From: a virus
Lineage: Duplodnaviria; Caudoviricetes
DNA: 50,623 bases
IMG/VR virus record: IMGVR_UViG_3300027863_000904
Coordinates: 1 to 50,623 of that record
Reading direction: 5' to 3' (one strand)
Under the pieces are notes generated by a model. It did no database searches and was not told the DNA's origin. It worked only from the letters and a program-made list of their open reading frames with translations. The stretch's first letter is position 1, and each line of letters begins with the position of its first letter. Position numbers and translations under genes: made by a program. Of this stretch, positions 38,410 through 47,578 are shown piece by piece.

Positions 38410-39433
38410 CTTCACTCTCCTCCAATCTGTACCGCTCAGGCACGACGGTGAAGCGTTCTCTGCATGGACGGCTGTCCCATCCCATGAGTTCAGCTTCACA
38501 GATACTCTTGTAGATACATGACGTTGAGCAGTCCCTTCGTACAATTCGAATTACTCCGGCCATGTTAGGAACAGGAGCATTTACACCCGGCTCTACGCCG
38601 ATGGCTTCTAGCTGTTTGGTTGTCTCAATAATTTCATCCATCGTTTTGAACAGCGTCCAAGTCGCTTCATTCAGTTGCTCTTGTGTTCGTTGACTTTGAA
38701 ACGTTGCTACCATGTTTTGATCAGGAAGACTAGCGTAGAAATCTGCATAGTCTTGGATGTCCAATCCGTACTCTTCAACGGCTTGAAAGAACCTTATTTT
38801 GTCTGTTCCTTGATTTCTAGATGTTGACAGTTTTCCATCTTTCAGAAGCTTCGGCTTAGGCGGAACTTTGCGTTTGTAGTAGTGATAGACAAACCAAGGC
38901 GTTTCTATCAGTTCGTTTTTCATGGCAAGCAGACAATAGAGGCTACCCTGCAAGTCTGCATGCATGTGATAGCCTGGAGAGGGCAAGCTGTTGCAGCCTT
39001 TATGGTCTACAATCATGCGTTGCCCTCCAGGATATTCCAGGATGGCGTCAATCTTGCCAACCAGCATCCAGTTGTCTGCAGGAACATGAACCTCAATTTC
39101 CGTACCCACTACGCTCTTGTTATCTAGAGTAAATCCAACCGCCATGTTCCATGAAAGCAGCCACTGTTGAGCCCACTCTCTTGTCACAGCCTCTGGATTT
39201 TCAACAATTTGCACCTCCCCAGATCTATCAATGTACGTAATTGAGTTACTTACAGGCCATGGTTCTTCACTCTCTAGTCCGTTCACCAGAACGTACTGAA
39301 TTACTTCATGGAAAACCGTTCCGAATACGAAGTAATCCCTTTGTACGTCTGGAGCAATGCGTTGCCAGTAGGCATACATCCATTTTCTAGGACAAATGAG
39401 GTAGGTCTGGAGCTGGCTGTAGTGGATAATCAT
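38402..39433 (-). CDS. PD-(D/E)XK (Cas4/RecB-like) exonuclease
   Basis: YSQLQTYLICPRK, GTVFHE, GKIDA, IVDHK, Q..LY, C-terminal cysteines. Confidence 0.88.
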   Translation of the reverse strand: MIIHYSQLQTYLICPRKWMYAYWQRIAPDVQRDYFVFGTVFHEVIQYVLVNGLESEEPWPVSNSITYIDRSGEVQIVENPEAVTREWAQQWLLSWNMAVGFTLDNKSVVGTEIEVHVPADNWMLVGKIDAILEYPGGQRMIVDHKGCNSLPSPGYHMHADLQGSLYCLLAMKNELIETPWFVYHYYKRKVPPKPKLLKDGKLSTSRNQGTDKIRFFQAVEEYGLDIQDYADFYASLPDQNMVATFQSQRTQEQLNEATWTLFKTMDEIIETTKQLEAIGVEPGVNAPVPNMAGVIRIVRRDCSTSCIYKSICEAELMGWDSRPCRERFTVVPERYRLEESEGD

Positions 39434-39451
39434 GGAAATCAGGCTCCAAGA

Positions 39452-39937
39452 TTAGAGGTAGCCTGCCTCAACCAACTTATTAATGTACTTTGGCAACGGC
39501 CCAGGTCCATTAGCTTCCCAAGCGCGGATGGACCTAGAAGTTACTCCCATGACATTGGCCATGTGTGCCATTGTCTCACCTTTTGCATGCCTGTTTGCGC
39601 GAAGACATTGGCCAATGATACCTCGCTTTGTGGGGTGCGTTACCCAAGCCATCACGCTGGATCCAGAGAAGCCGGCTGCTGTAATGTCAGTGACGATGGC
39701 AGCTTTTACCTGTTCCCATGTTGCGTTTGGACCAACTTCTACGCAGCCCTCATACTCAACTTTGTCCGGAACGGTCAGCAGAGTGTAGTGAACGTGAAAG
39801 TAATTACCTGCCATTGGACCAGACCACTTCACGGCCGTAATCTTGATTTGTTTCTGACCGCTTCGTGCTTCTTTGTCACTGACAGCCAAGTGGGGCCAAT
39901 TTGGCATTGCCTGCGTGGTGCTATCATTGGGTCGCAT
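39452..39937 (-). CDS. protein with C-terminal XRE-type HTH
   Basis: LRANRHAKGETMAHMANVMGVTSRSIRAWEANG..P. Confidence 0.75.
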   Translation of the reverse strand: MRPNDSTTQAMPNWPHLAVSDKEARSGQKQIKITAVKWSGPMAGNYFHVHYTLLTVPDKVEYEGCVEVGPNATWEQVKAAIVTDITAAGFSGSSVMAWVTHPTKRGIIGQCLRANRHAKGETMAHMANVMGVTSRSIRAWEANGPGPLPKYINKLVEAGYL

Positions 39938-39938
39938 G

Positions 39939-40238
39939 CTACTTTCCTCCTTTTAGGAACCTCAGTTTGGACTTTGACGTTCCAACTCTTCGCATGAGTT
40001 CATACTTGTCAGCAGGGTTGACTGGTTCTCCCAATTCATCTACTTCAATTCCGAAATGCATATACGTCTTTCGTGGTTTTGTCTCTTGCGAAGCAGACTT
40101 CGGGTATCGCAAGAGTGCGCCGGGGTATTGACTTTTGTACTCTTCACCGCTCATCTTGTGCTTTCGCCTCAAATGCGGAACGAGAAAATAGGCCTCATAT
40201 CCGCAAATGAGGCACTTGACAGTTTTGCTGTTGGCCAT
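39939..40238 (-). CDS. MucR/Ros-like zinc-finger protein
   Basis: VKCLICG..L..HLRRKHKMSGEEYK..YP. Confidence 0.7.
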   Translation of the reverse strand: MANSKTVKCLICGYEAYFLVPHLRRKHKMSGEEYKSQYPGALLRYPKSASQETKPRKTYMHFGIEVDELGEPVNPADKYELMRRVGTSKSKLRFLKGGK

Positions 40239-40344
40239 CTATGCCTCCTTGCTAGGTAGTAAACGGTAAGCAGAACGCCACATTTTCTGATACTGGTGGA
40301 CGTTTTGCACCGCTTTTGAAGTACTGTACGACCAACGCGTCTGT

Positions 40345-40373
40345 ACTATACCAGAAGAAAAAGCACGTGTCAA
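40345..40373 (-). promoter_or_regulatory. sigma70-type promoter for the replication operon
   Basis: Reverse strand TTGACA-17 bp-TATAGT with an extended TG. Confidence 0.75.
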
Positions 40374-40406
40374 GGGGATTTTTGGGGATGATGGTAAAAA
40401 GGCTGA

Positions 40407-41729
40407 CTATGTTCGGCGGATAAAGTCTATATAAGCCAAACGTCTGTCCCGCACTATTTCAACAACGTCTACGTCTTTCATACCCGTTGTGACAAGAAAG
40501 GTAGACAAAATGGCATTGTGCTGTCCAGGCCGAAGCATCCTATCTTCTAACTGCGTGATGTCTGCATATGTCCAAGGACACTCAAGAAAGATTGCTCTCC
40601 ACGTCCTGTGAAGATCCAGTCCGTATTTAGCGCTATCCGTTTGTGCTAGCAATATATCTCCTCGCCCATCCTGAAAATCATATGCTCCATCATGCTTTCC
40701 GTCCTGTCTGCAAATTACCGTTTCCGGTCTATGGCTCAATATATAACTGTATAACATATCCAACAGGCGCACTTGTCGTGCGAAGACAATGATAGGTACT
40801 TTCGCATCAAGCTGCTCCAGTACGTAAACGAACTTAGCAGGGTGAGGATCATCATATTTAGAATCAATCAATGCAGGTGTCACAGCCACTTGCAGAAGCC
40901 TTGTCTGCCTCTCTAACTCCCAAGCCAGGTAGTCTACAGAACCGTCTACACTTCTGAATACATGATAGTCTTCAATTTCCTTTGCTACTTTGATTTGAAG
41001 AGGTGACGGTTCAAACTCTACTGTTTCCCGCGTCTTTTCCGGAAGTTCAGGCAGGACGTCTTTCCTTCTGATTTTCAGAAGAAAGTCTTTCACTTCTTCT
41101 GCAATGTTGCTATAAGGCGCCCACTGCCTGCCGACCGTTGTTCCCCATCTTGTTCTTTCAATAACCAAATGCTGCTCACACCATCGCCAATAGCTGGTGT
41201 AACGTTGCGGAAATAAAATGCGAAATTGTTGCCATAGGTCAGCAGGACCAGTCACGAAAGCTGATCCAGTCAGCATCCAACAGACAGGAATATTCTTTGA
41301 CAAGGCAAAAGCCCTTCTCGAGATTTGAGACTTCCGGTTTCGCAGAATATGGCTTTCATCCCATATGACTGTCTTCACTCCAAGCTTTACATAATCATCA
41401 AACTTAGCCCGTACTGATTCATAGTTAGCAATATAAACGTCATGACCTGGAACGCAGGCTTTGCTATGACTTTGACCTCCTGTAATTACGGCGTCAACAT
41501 CTCCAAGCCAACGTTGTGCTTCAGACAGCCACTTTCGCTTGAGGTAGTTTGGTACTACCACTAGTGCTGGAAAGTATTCAATCGCTCTGAGTGCGATAGG
41601 TGTCTTTCCAATACCCATCTCTCCGAAAAGATATGCCCTTCGCATACCCCTTAGAAAATCAACGGCCTTCTCTTGATAGCGGTATAGCTTCAGATTGTTT
41701 CCCTCTGACACGCTGTTTTTCACCTCCAA
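40407..41729 (-). CDS. SNF2-family helicase
   Basis: YQEKAV, EMGIGKT, IWDESH, LTGS, GLDL, QLEDRMLRPGQ; true start may be GTG 41711. Confidence 0.9.
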   Translation of the reverse strand: MEVKNSVSEGNNLKLYRYQEKAVDFLRGMRRAYLFGEMGIGKTPIALRAIEYFPALVVVPNYLKRKWLSEAQRWLGDVDAVITGGQSHSKACVPGHDVYIANYESVRAKFDDYVKLGVKTVIWDESHILRNRKSQISRRAFALSKNIPVCWMLTGSAFVTGPADLWQQFRILFPQRYTSYWRWCEQHLVIERTRWGTTVGRQWAPYSNIAEEVKDFLLKIRRKDVLPELPEKTRETVEFEPSPLQIKVAKEIEDYHVFRSVDGSVDYLAWELERQTRLLQVAVTPALIDSKYDDPHPAKFVYVLEQLDAKVPIIVFARQVRLLDMLYSYILSHRPETVICRQDGKHDGAYDFQDGRGDILLAQTDSAKYGLDLHRTWRAIFLECPWTYADITQLEDRMLRPGQHNAILSTFLVTTGMKDVDVVEIVRDRRLAYIDFIRRT

Positions 41730-41784
41730 GTGCGCCTATTCAAACAAACTTCAGCCTGATAGTCAACTTTTTCCTATTTACCCC

Positions 41785-41815
41785 TTGACATCAGCGGCTG
41801 GATATGGTATATAAT
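41785..41815 (+). promoter_or_regulatory. sigma70-type promoter
   Basis: TTGACA followed by TGGTATATAAT; AGGAGG before ATG 41859. Confidence 0.65.
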
Positions 41816-41858
41816 AGGCAGACAACGTGAAGAAGACTGAAAAACACAGGAGGTTACA

Positions 41859-42101
41859 ATGGAACGTCAAGCAAAGCGTAAGAAGACAAGAGGCGAACTT
41901 GCGGTTGATTTGCTTTTGAAACGTGGATATGTTGAGGTTCCTTCTACTGACAGCCACTATCGCTGCTTCCGCAACTCTACCATTGGTGATGAGTACTCTA
42001 TTTGGATTGGAAAAGCAGGAGCAGTCAAAGTAGGGACAACTCTTGCGAAAAGTGTGTCATTCACCAGAGAGTTTTGGTCAATCGTGAAACAATATGCTTA
42101 G
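41859..42101 (+). CDS. hypothetical protein
   Basis: Strong RBS. Confidence 0.75.
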   Translation: MERQAKRKKTRGELAVDLLLKRGYVEVPSTDSHYRCFRNSTIGDEYSIWIGKAGAVKVGTTLAKSVSFTREFWSIVKQYA

Positions 42102-42138
42102 ATTGTGAATTATTTCACAAAGGGAGGAATAACCGCAA

Positions 42139-42969
42139 ATGGTTTACGTCTACAGTGAACCAGTCCCGTACATTCATTCAGTCACACTGTCAACTGGAGA
42201 AATCCACCCCACTGCTGATCGATTTGTGCTGGATGGTAGGAAAAATACCGTCGCTTACTTCAGAAGTTCACCATGGAGGCCGGAAGGAAAGTATAAGCTG
42301 AATTCAGTGAAACTTGTTCTTTACTGTCTTGATCCAGTTGAAAATGACAATCGAGACGTTGAATGTCTCCAAACACTAGCCTCCATTGATAGCAACATTG
42401 ACATCATTCCATATGACGCTAGTGAAGTAGTATCACATTTCACGTTTCAAACAGGATCTGCTCTAAAAGCACTTGATTGTACACGGCTTTTCCAGAATTG
42501 GCAGGAGCAAGAGGTTCAAGGACTTATGCTTCGCTGTCATAATCACAACACTAAAATTACCTTTGCGGGCACATGCTCATACCTGTATCGGCCATTCTGG
42601 TATTTTGAATATGAAGGTCAAGTCCCGCCGAAGCACCCGCCATACTTGGGACTTCTGAGGCCTTTCCCTGAGGAAACAGTAACTTTCTGCGGAAGCTGGT
42701 ATCCTGTTCTGTCCTGGAAGCTACCTGACTTCTTCACTAAGCGAATTCTAAAAAGTTATCAGCTTCAGGCAGAAGTTACAGCTGTCGGCCCTAAGCATAG
42801 CTCCTTCATGTGGGTGAGCAATATTCGCTCTCAAGAAGGAATTGTTGAGTTGACTGATCAGACTTTCAAGCCTCATGTACCTGGACGGTATTGGGTGTTC
42901 GCTAAAGTAAAAGAAGCGTCTCTATATGACTGTGGTTACTTTGATGTAGTAATGAAGGAGAATAAATAA
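42139..42969 (+). CDS. hypothetical protein, weak resemblance to DNRLRE-type beta-sandwich
   Basis: RBS; SVKLVLYC..LDCTRLFQNW..GLMLR. Confidence 0.7.
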   Translation: MVYVYSEPVPYIHSVTLSTGEIHPTADRFVLDGRKNTVAYFRSSPWRPEGKYKLNSVKLVLYCLDPVENDNRDVECLQTLASIDSNIDIIPYDASEVVSHFTFQTGSALKALDCTRLFQNWQEQEVQGLMLRCHNHNTKITFAGTCSYLYRPFWYFEYEGQVPPKHPPYLGLLRPFPEETVTFCGSWYPVLSWKLPDFFTKRILKSYQLQAEVTAVGPKHSSFMWVSNIRSQEGIVELTDQTFKPHVPGRYWVFAKVKEASLYDCGYFDVVMKENK

Positions 42970-43407
42970 ATGCCATATGAAAGCGGATTTGGTTGGTGGT
43001 ATCCAATGGGGACAGACACCAGTTACTTTGATCAAGAACCAGACTCGATTGGCAGGTGTTCAGTTTGTGGGGACTTGCTTTATGAAGTTATGAGGGGCAC
43101 TCACACTACTATCTGGTGTGATAACTGTGGAAACTTGATTGAAGCGGTAAGATCCAACTTGGAAGAAGCTACTAAGTTAGCCCTAGCGGCTTTTGAAAAA
43201 CCATCAGCTACTAGAAGTGCTCTTCAGAAACAAGCGGTGTCATTGTTTGAAAACGCCTTAATCCATGCAGCTGACGCAGGAATTGATCCTTGTGACTATT
43301 GGCTCAATGAATACTTTGACGCCTGTGAAGCCATTGCAGGTCTGCACGTGCATGTACTTGAACAAGCCATAAAGGAACGCCAAAGGAGGAACAACAATGC
43401 TCGCTGA
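42970..43407 (+). CDS. Zn-ribbon hypothetical protein
   Basis: CSVCG..CDNCG; RBS. Confidence 0.75.
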   Translation: MPYESGFGWWYPMGTDTSYFDQEPDSIGRCSVCGDLLYEVMRGTHTTIWCDNCGNLIEAVRSNLEEATKLALAAFEKPSATRSALQKQAVSLFENALIHAADAGIDPCDYWLNEYFDACEAIAGLHVHVLEQAIKERQRRNNNAR

Positions 43408-43903
43408 AGAGGAACCAATCATGTGCTCATTGCCATTGTGTACGCAAGAGGCTCATTGTGGCCTTGTTATCTGGGACCTTGCTGTCTGTCCGTGGTGTAT
43501 CAAGGAGGCCGTTGATGAGGTTGCAGAAAACAAGAATGATGATGAAATCAAGGCCGCTACCAATCACTCCAAGTGTATCCGGTGTGGCTGTGAATCAGAA
43601 CGCGGTCTTGTAATTGATGGCCTCTTCATCTGTCTTCTGTGCGCTATTGACTCAGTCCTTCATCTGTCAGCGAAGAAGGAAGCGCAACTCATGGAGGAAC
43701 AAGGATATGGCGACGCCTTTGACAATGAAGAAGAAGCCCTAGCCGCTGCTGAATCTTTATATGCGTCAGCGCTAACGAAGGACGGCGTCTACTTTGTCCC
43801 GCATGGCAACGAATCTGACGAGGAAGGCAACCCCAAGCCAGGCTCACTAGATTGGTGTCTTGAAAATGAATGGAGCCTCGTTGGAGAAGAAGGAGGTGAC
43901 TAG
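43397..43903 (+). CDS. acidic protein with two tandem ClpX-like Zn modules
   Basis: C..C..GLVI....CPWCI and CIRC..GLVI....CLLCA internal repeat. Confidence 0.7.
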   Translation: MLAEEEPIMCSLPLCTQEAHCGLVIWDLAVCPWCIKEAVDEVAENKNDDEIKAATNHSKCIRCGCESERGLVIDGLFICLLCAIDSVLHLSAKKEAQLMEEQGYGDAFDNEEEALAAAESLYASALTKDGVYFVPHGNESDEEGNPKPGSLDWCLENEWSLVGEEGGD

Positions 43904-43905
43904 AA

Positions 43906-44451
43906 GTGATTTGCCCGAAGTGCGGCTATGTCATGGGGCCTTTTGATGTGGAATGTCCGCGGTGTAAGCGACTGGAGAAGCTACAGCAGGAAAAGCAGGA
44001 GCAAGAAAGTCAGCAGCCTAATCAAAACTCACAACAAGAAACAACTCCATCAACTTCAGAGAATACGCCAATGCCATATACAAATGCAGATAATAGAACG
44101 CAGAGGCTTCTCAAAATCTCTTCTGTCTTTGCTATTGTTATGCTGGTGGCTAACCTTTCGCTTGTGGCGTATATGCATATGAAATTCAATGCCAAACAAC
44201 GTGATATGGAATTCGCTTGGTCAACTGCTAAGGAAGTTATTCTGCAACATCTCAAAGCTCCAGCGACAGCAAGCTTTGGAAACCAAACGCCAGAAAAATG
44301 CGTAGAGTTGACTGGCCAAAATACCTGCACTGTTCGAGGGTGGGTTGATTCAGAGAACGGCTTTGGAGCCTTCATTCGAACAGAGTGGGTAGTGTCAATG
44401 CACAAAGAAGAAGGCGTTTGGAAACCAGACTCAATAAATCTTTCAGATTGA
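43906..44451 (+). CDS. Zn-ribbon + TM + extracytoplasmic domain protein
   Basis: CPKCGY..ECPRC, one TM, LKAPATASF..VDSENGFGAFIR. Confidence 0.8.
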   Translation: MICPKCGYVMGPFDVECPRCKRLEKLQQEKQEQESQQPNQNSQQETTPSTSENTPMPYTNADNRTQRLLKISSVFAIVMLVANLSLVAYMHMKFNAKQRDMEFAWSTAKEVILQHLKAPATASFGNQTPEKCVELTGQNTCTVRGWVDSENGFGAFIRTEWVVSMHKEEGVWKPDSINLSD

Positions 44452-44453
44452 AT

Positions 44454-44579
44454 GGGGCCCCTTTGCCGCATTTTCACTGAAAACGCCTAAAAATTGAATC
44501 AATTTTTCTTGAGTTTCAAATAAACAATTAGGGGCTCCTTTGCCGGAATTTAGGTAAAAAGGGCTAAAAATCGGCTCAA
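44454..44579 (+). repeat. two copies (44454, 44531) of the ~49-bp GGGGCYCCTTTGC...GGCTAAAAATCGGCTCAA motif
   Basis: Also at 47275, 48407 and 48473. Confidence 0.85.
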
Positions 44580-44619
44580 CTTTTGCTCAAGGTTTATGGG
44601 CCTTAAATTATGCATAGCG

Positions 44620-44660
44620 CGGCACCCTATAGGGATAATTAATATCCCTTAAGGGTGCCG
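44620..44660. repeat. 18-bp-arm inverted repeat with nested palindromes
   Basis: CGGCACCCTATAGGGATA-ATTAA-TATCCCTTAAGGGTGCCG. Confidence 0.85.
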
Positions 44661-44757
44661 TGTTAGCTTGTGAGGGGTGGAAAACAAAACACCTCACCAG
44701 CCGGCTTTACGTTGAAGAGAATCAAAACAGGAGCGGTGAAGGTGGCGGAAAAAGTGG

Positions 44758-44870
44758 TTGACAAGCGGAAGAAGATATGGTATGATAAAGCCGAACAGTG
44801 GGGAGGGAAGTGAGGTGAGGTAGAGGATAGGAAAAAAGCGGTTGACAAGAAGAAGCGGATATGGTATAGT
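44758..44870 (+). promoter_or_regulatory. tandem duplicated sigma70 promoters
   Basis: TTGACA-17-TATGAT (44758-44786) and TTGACA-17-TATAGT (44842-44870), both with GATATGG and AAAGCCG context. Confidence 0.85.
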
Positions 44871-44913
44871 AAAGCCGGAAGGTGAGAGAGAGAAAAGAAA
44901 GGAGGAGAAGACA

Positions 44914-45273
44914 GTGGCGAAGACTTATGCATGCGCAAACTGCAAAGAGGTGTTCAAAGAGGGCACTCCAGGGACGTCTTGCGTGAAAGGCTTTAAAGAG
45001 AATGAAATTATCGCGCTTTGCGCGCGTTGTGAAAGTCGCGCGCAGAAAGGAGGGCGTGTATCAAGAGTGATCGCGCGAAGTATCCTAGCCCGAGGAGGAT
45101 ATGCATGGTTGAAGAACAGCATTGGAGAGTTCTTCTACCATTTGGACTTCAATGGATCGCTGCTAAGAATGTATCCTGCATACTCTTCCGCCGTCCATGT
45201 GAGAGTTAGTGACTTAGACGCAGGAAGAATTGAGTATAGCGGTTTGCCGTCTACAAGCAACACAAAAAGTTAG
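44914..45273 (+). CDS. Zn-ribbon hypothetical protein
   Basis: GTG after GGAGGAG; CANC..CARC. Confidence 0.7.
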   Translation: MAKTYACANCKEVFKEGTPGTSCVKGFKENEIIALCARCESRAQKGGRVSRVIARSILARGGYAWLKNSIGEFFYHLDFNGSLLRMYPAYSSAVHVRVSDLDAGRIEYSGLPSTSNTKS

Positions 45274-45291
45274 GCTGGTGAGAAAAAGGGG

Positions 45292-45319
45292 TTGACAAAC
45301 GCGGAAAAGGCGCTATAAT
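45292..45319 (+). promoter_or_regulatory. sigma70 promoter
   Basis: TTGACA-16 bp-TATAAT. Confidence 0.75.
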
Positions 45320-45370
45320 AAGAAGTGAAGAGGGGTGGAGAGGAAGACTATGACAAAAGGAGGAGTAGTC

Positions 45371-45769
45371 ATGCGTGTACAGTTCTATGATGCAGTCTTA
45401 GTTCGAACTCACCAGGGAGGATACTTTTCAGAATTGACGCCAAGGGAAAACTGGAAGGACTTTGACGAAGCACTTCAGCGTTATATGCTTGCCGCGGAAG
45501 CAGAAACTGAAGTTGACGGATTGCTTGACTTCGTGGACGGTTGGGGCCTTTTCAGAGTTGACTCTGAATTCGGCCGAAGGGCACTCAAAGACAAGTACGG
45601 ATCATTCGGCATAGCCGTCGCAGGTAACGCACTCTTCAGTGACAAACACAAAGAAGACGCACTAGCCTTCCGCGCAAAGTATCTACAACGCGCAGGCGTT
45701 GATTCAGAGAAGTTTGATCTAAACCGTCCGTGTTACTTATTCGCGTGGACCTTCTTTGAAATGCGCTAA
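45371..45769 (+). CDS. family F paralog 1 (unknown function)
   Basis: TH..WKDFDEAL..VDGLLDF.DG..GIAV..YLQRAGVD..FDL..WTFF. Confidence 0.85.
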   Translation: MRVQFYDAVLVRTHQGGYFSELTPRENWKDFDEALQRYMLAAEAETEVDGLLDFVDGWGLFRVDSEFGRRALKDKYGSFGIAVAGNALFSDKHKEDALAFRAKYLQRAGVDSEKFDLNRPCYLFAWTFFEMR

Positions 45770-45827
45770 ACACGCACAAAAGCACGGTGGGGCGCGCATA
45801 CCTATCACGCGCAAGGAGGAAAGCACA

Positions 45828-46028
45828 ATGTTGACCCGCAAGTACTTCCAGGCTTTCTCCAAGATTGTACGGGATATCCCTGATCCGGAAACGCGTCGAT
45901 GGGCGACGTTCTCCATGGCGCGGATTTTCCTAGCCGACAACCCGCGTTTTAGCCTCAAGAAGTGGTGCGAGGCGTGTAATGAAGACGTCCCGCAAGTTGT
46001 GCCGAATAGCAACACAAAGGAGGATTAG
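45828..46028 (+). CDS. hypothetical protein
   Basis: AGGAGG RBS; MLTRKYF..DNPRFS..KWCEAC. Confidence 0.75.
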   Translation: MLTRKYFQAFSKIVRDIPDPETRRWATFSMARIFLADNPRFSLKKWCEACNEDVPQVVPNSNTKED

Positions 46029-46091
46029 TCGTGATTTGGCGTCTACTAATGGCGGTCCGCGTACTGCAGCGCCCCACAAGGAGGAGTAGAT

Positions 46092-46319
46092 ATGGAGAAA
46101 CGTTGTGAGAGTTGTGAGAGTTGTGAGTACTATCAGTACGCATTATGGTCGATAGGAAGTGAACGAAGACGCGTTGACGGCCTGCTAGAAGAGTTGAAAA
46201 GAGCGCGGCGCCAAAGAGAGGAGGCCATGGAAGAAGTCAAATACCTCGAGAAGGAGGTATGCATGCTGAAGGCTAGAATTGCCCGGCTTGAAGGAGGCGC
46301 CACAAGTGACAAAGAATGA
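46092..46319 (+). CDS. coiled-coil hypothetical protein
   Basis: RBS; heptad pattern. Confidence 0.7.
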   Translation: MEKRCESCESCEYYQYALWSIGSERRRVDGLLEELKRARRQREEAMEEVKYLEKEVCMLKARIARLEGGATSDKE

Positions 46320-46773
46320 AATACTCCAGCAAGTGCTAGCAACGCGATTGCCGAAGGGCAAAGGGTTGCGCGGACCGGAAGTATACGGGTGTATCAACTC
46401 GGGCTTTGCCCCGACAATCACGCACCTTGACGCAGGTGACTTGGAATTGTGGATCGTTGGCCCCTCCCTCACGGCTAGGGAGGTTTGCAAGAAACTCAAG
46501 CGCGCAGAAGCACGTGTTACACTTCTCTTTCATGACGAAAAGCAGGAGCCGGACCTTCACCGCCGAGTATGGCGTTTTGAGAACAACCCGAACCTCACCG
46601 TTTGGACGTTCCGGTCCAAGCGGCCTGCGGCAGAGAAGTTTGCCGACCTTTGCGCCACCATGCTGAAGATCAATGAAGCAGAGCGTAAAGCGCATAAACA
46701 AGCACTCAAAGACGCGTTGAGTGAAGACCCCGTGAAGCGCACCAAAGGCGCTTGGAACCTTCTAGACTTTTGA
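46306..46773 (+). CDS. hypothetical protein
   Basis: GTG after AGGAGG. Confidence 0.7.
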   Translation: MTKNEILQQVLATRLPKGKGLRGPEVYGCINSGFAPTITHLDAGDLELWIVGPSLTAREVCKKLKRAEARVTLLFHDEKQEPDLHRRVWRFENNPNLTVWTFRSKRPAAEKFADLCATMLKINEAERKAHKQALKDALSEDPVKRTKGAWNLLDF

Positions 46774-46810
46774 CGTGAAGAACAAAAGCAAGTCCAAGGA
46801 GGAGAGTGAA

Positions 46811-47221
46811 GTGAAACAAAAGGCGATTGAAGTTGAGTTGGTTTTGACGCACCACTATAACGAAAACAAAGATTGGATACCGCTGAAAGGTTGGGGTGAC
46901 TTCAACAGGGCACTTGAAAAGTCTATGGCCGACAAGTCCGGCACAAGCAAGGTGCCCGGGCTTGTTGACTACAGAAAAGGCACTTACACTCTCTTTGAGA
47001 GTAATTGCAAGTACGCACTCAAAGCAAGAAAACGGAATGAGTCGTGGAGGGGTGTTGCGATACCAAGAGAAATGTTACCGGGTGATAATGACAATCACGT
47101 TGGTGAAGACGCTATTCAACAACGTGAAAAGTGCTTGCGTCTTGCCGGTGTAGATCCCGGTGAATATGACTTGTATCCTGCCGTACACTTCCCGAATTAC
47201 GTGTTCTTTGGCCATAAGTAG
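46811..47221 (+). CDS. family F paralog 2
   Basis: TH..WGDFNRAL..VPGLVDY..GVAI..LRLAGVDPGEYDL..YVFF. Confidence 0.85.
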   Translation: MKQKAIEVELVLTHHYNENKDWIPLKGWGDFNRALEKSMADKSGTSKVPGLVDYRKGTYTLFESNCKYALKARKRNESWRGVAIPREMLPGDNDNHVGEDAIQQREKCLRLAGVDPGEYDLYPAVHFPNYVFFGHK

Positions 47222-47242
47222 AAAAACACGATTGCCGCCTAA

Positions 47243-47273
47243 CACCCGCCTCTCCAGGCGGGTGCTTTATTTT
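47243..47273 (+). terminator. intrinsic terminator
   Basis: CACCCGCCT-CTCC-AGGCGGGTG plus T tract; same stem as 48373. Confidence 0.8.
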
Positions 47274-47274
47274 A

Positions 47275-47385
47275 GGGGCCCCTTTGCGGGGTTTTAGCAG
47301 AAATAGGCTAAAAATCAGCTCAAAAATTAGGAATACAAAACTCAAGAAAAAGAGAGGGAGGAGCATAAAACGCGTCAAAAGTCAA
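47275..47385 (+). repeat. 49-bp motif plus downstream block duplicated at 48473-48585
   Basis: Shared AAAAATTAGG..ACTCAAGAAAAAGAG.GGGAGG(G)AGCATAAAACG...AGTCAAG. Confidence 0.85.
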
Positions 47386-47501
47386 GTGCGTTCTACCTAT
47401 TGCTGCAAGCGCTATGCTTGCTTTAGCTATACTTGCAGTTACAAGTAACTTGACACCAGCACGGGTGTAAGGTAATTTTTTTCACGGCAGGAAAAAAGTG
47501 C

Positions 47502-47529
47502 TTGACAAACGGCGTGCTGTGTGTATAAT
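47502..47529 (+). promoter_or_regulatory. sigma70 promoter
   Basis: TTGACA-16 bp-TATAAT. Confidence 0.75.
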
Positions 47530-47578
47530 AAAGAGGCGAAGAGGGGAGGAGAGGAAGATAAACATAGGAGGGATAGAC

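Noticed and set aside
39308-39997. 229-aa plus-strand ORF
   Set aside because: It is antisense to RBS-supported minus-strand genes (HTH protein, nuclease) and has no recognisable motifs.
44842-47578. Listed upstream starts at 44842, 45335, 45756, 46279, 46775 and 47498
   Set aside because: They fall in promoters or leaders (two are the TTG of TTGACA). Downstream starts with clear RBSs were used instead.
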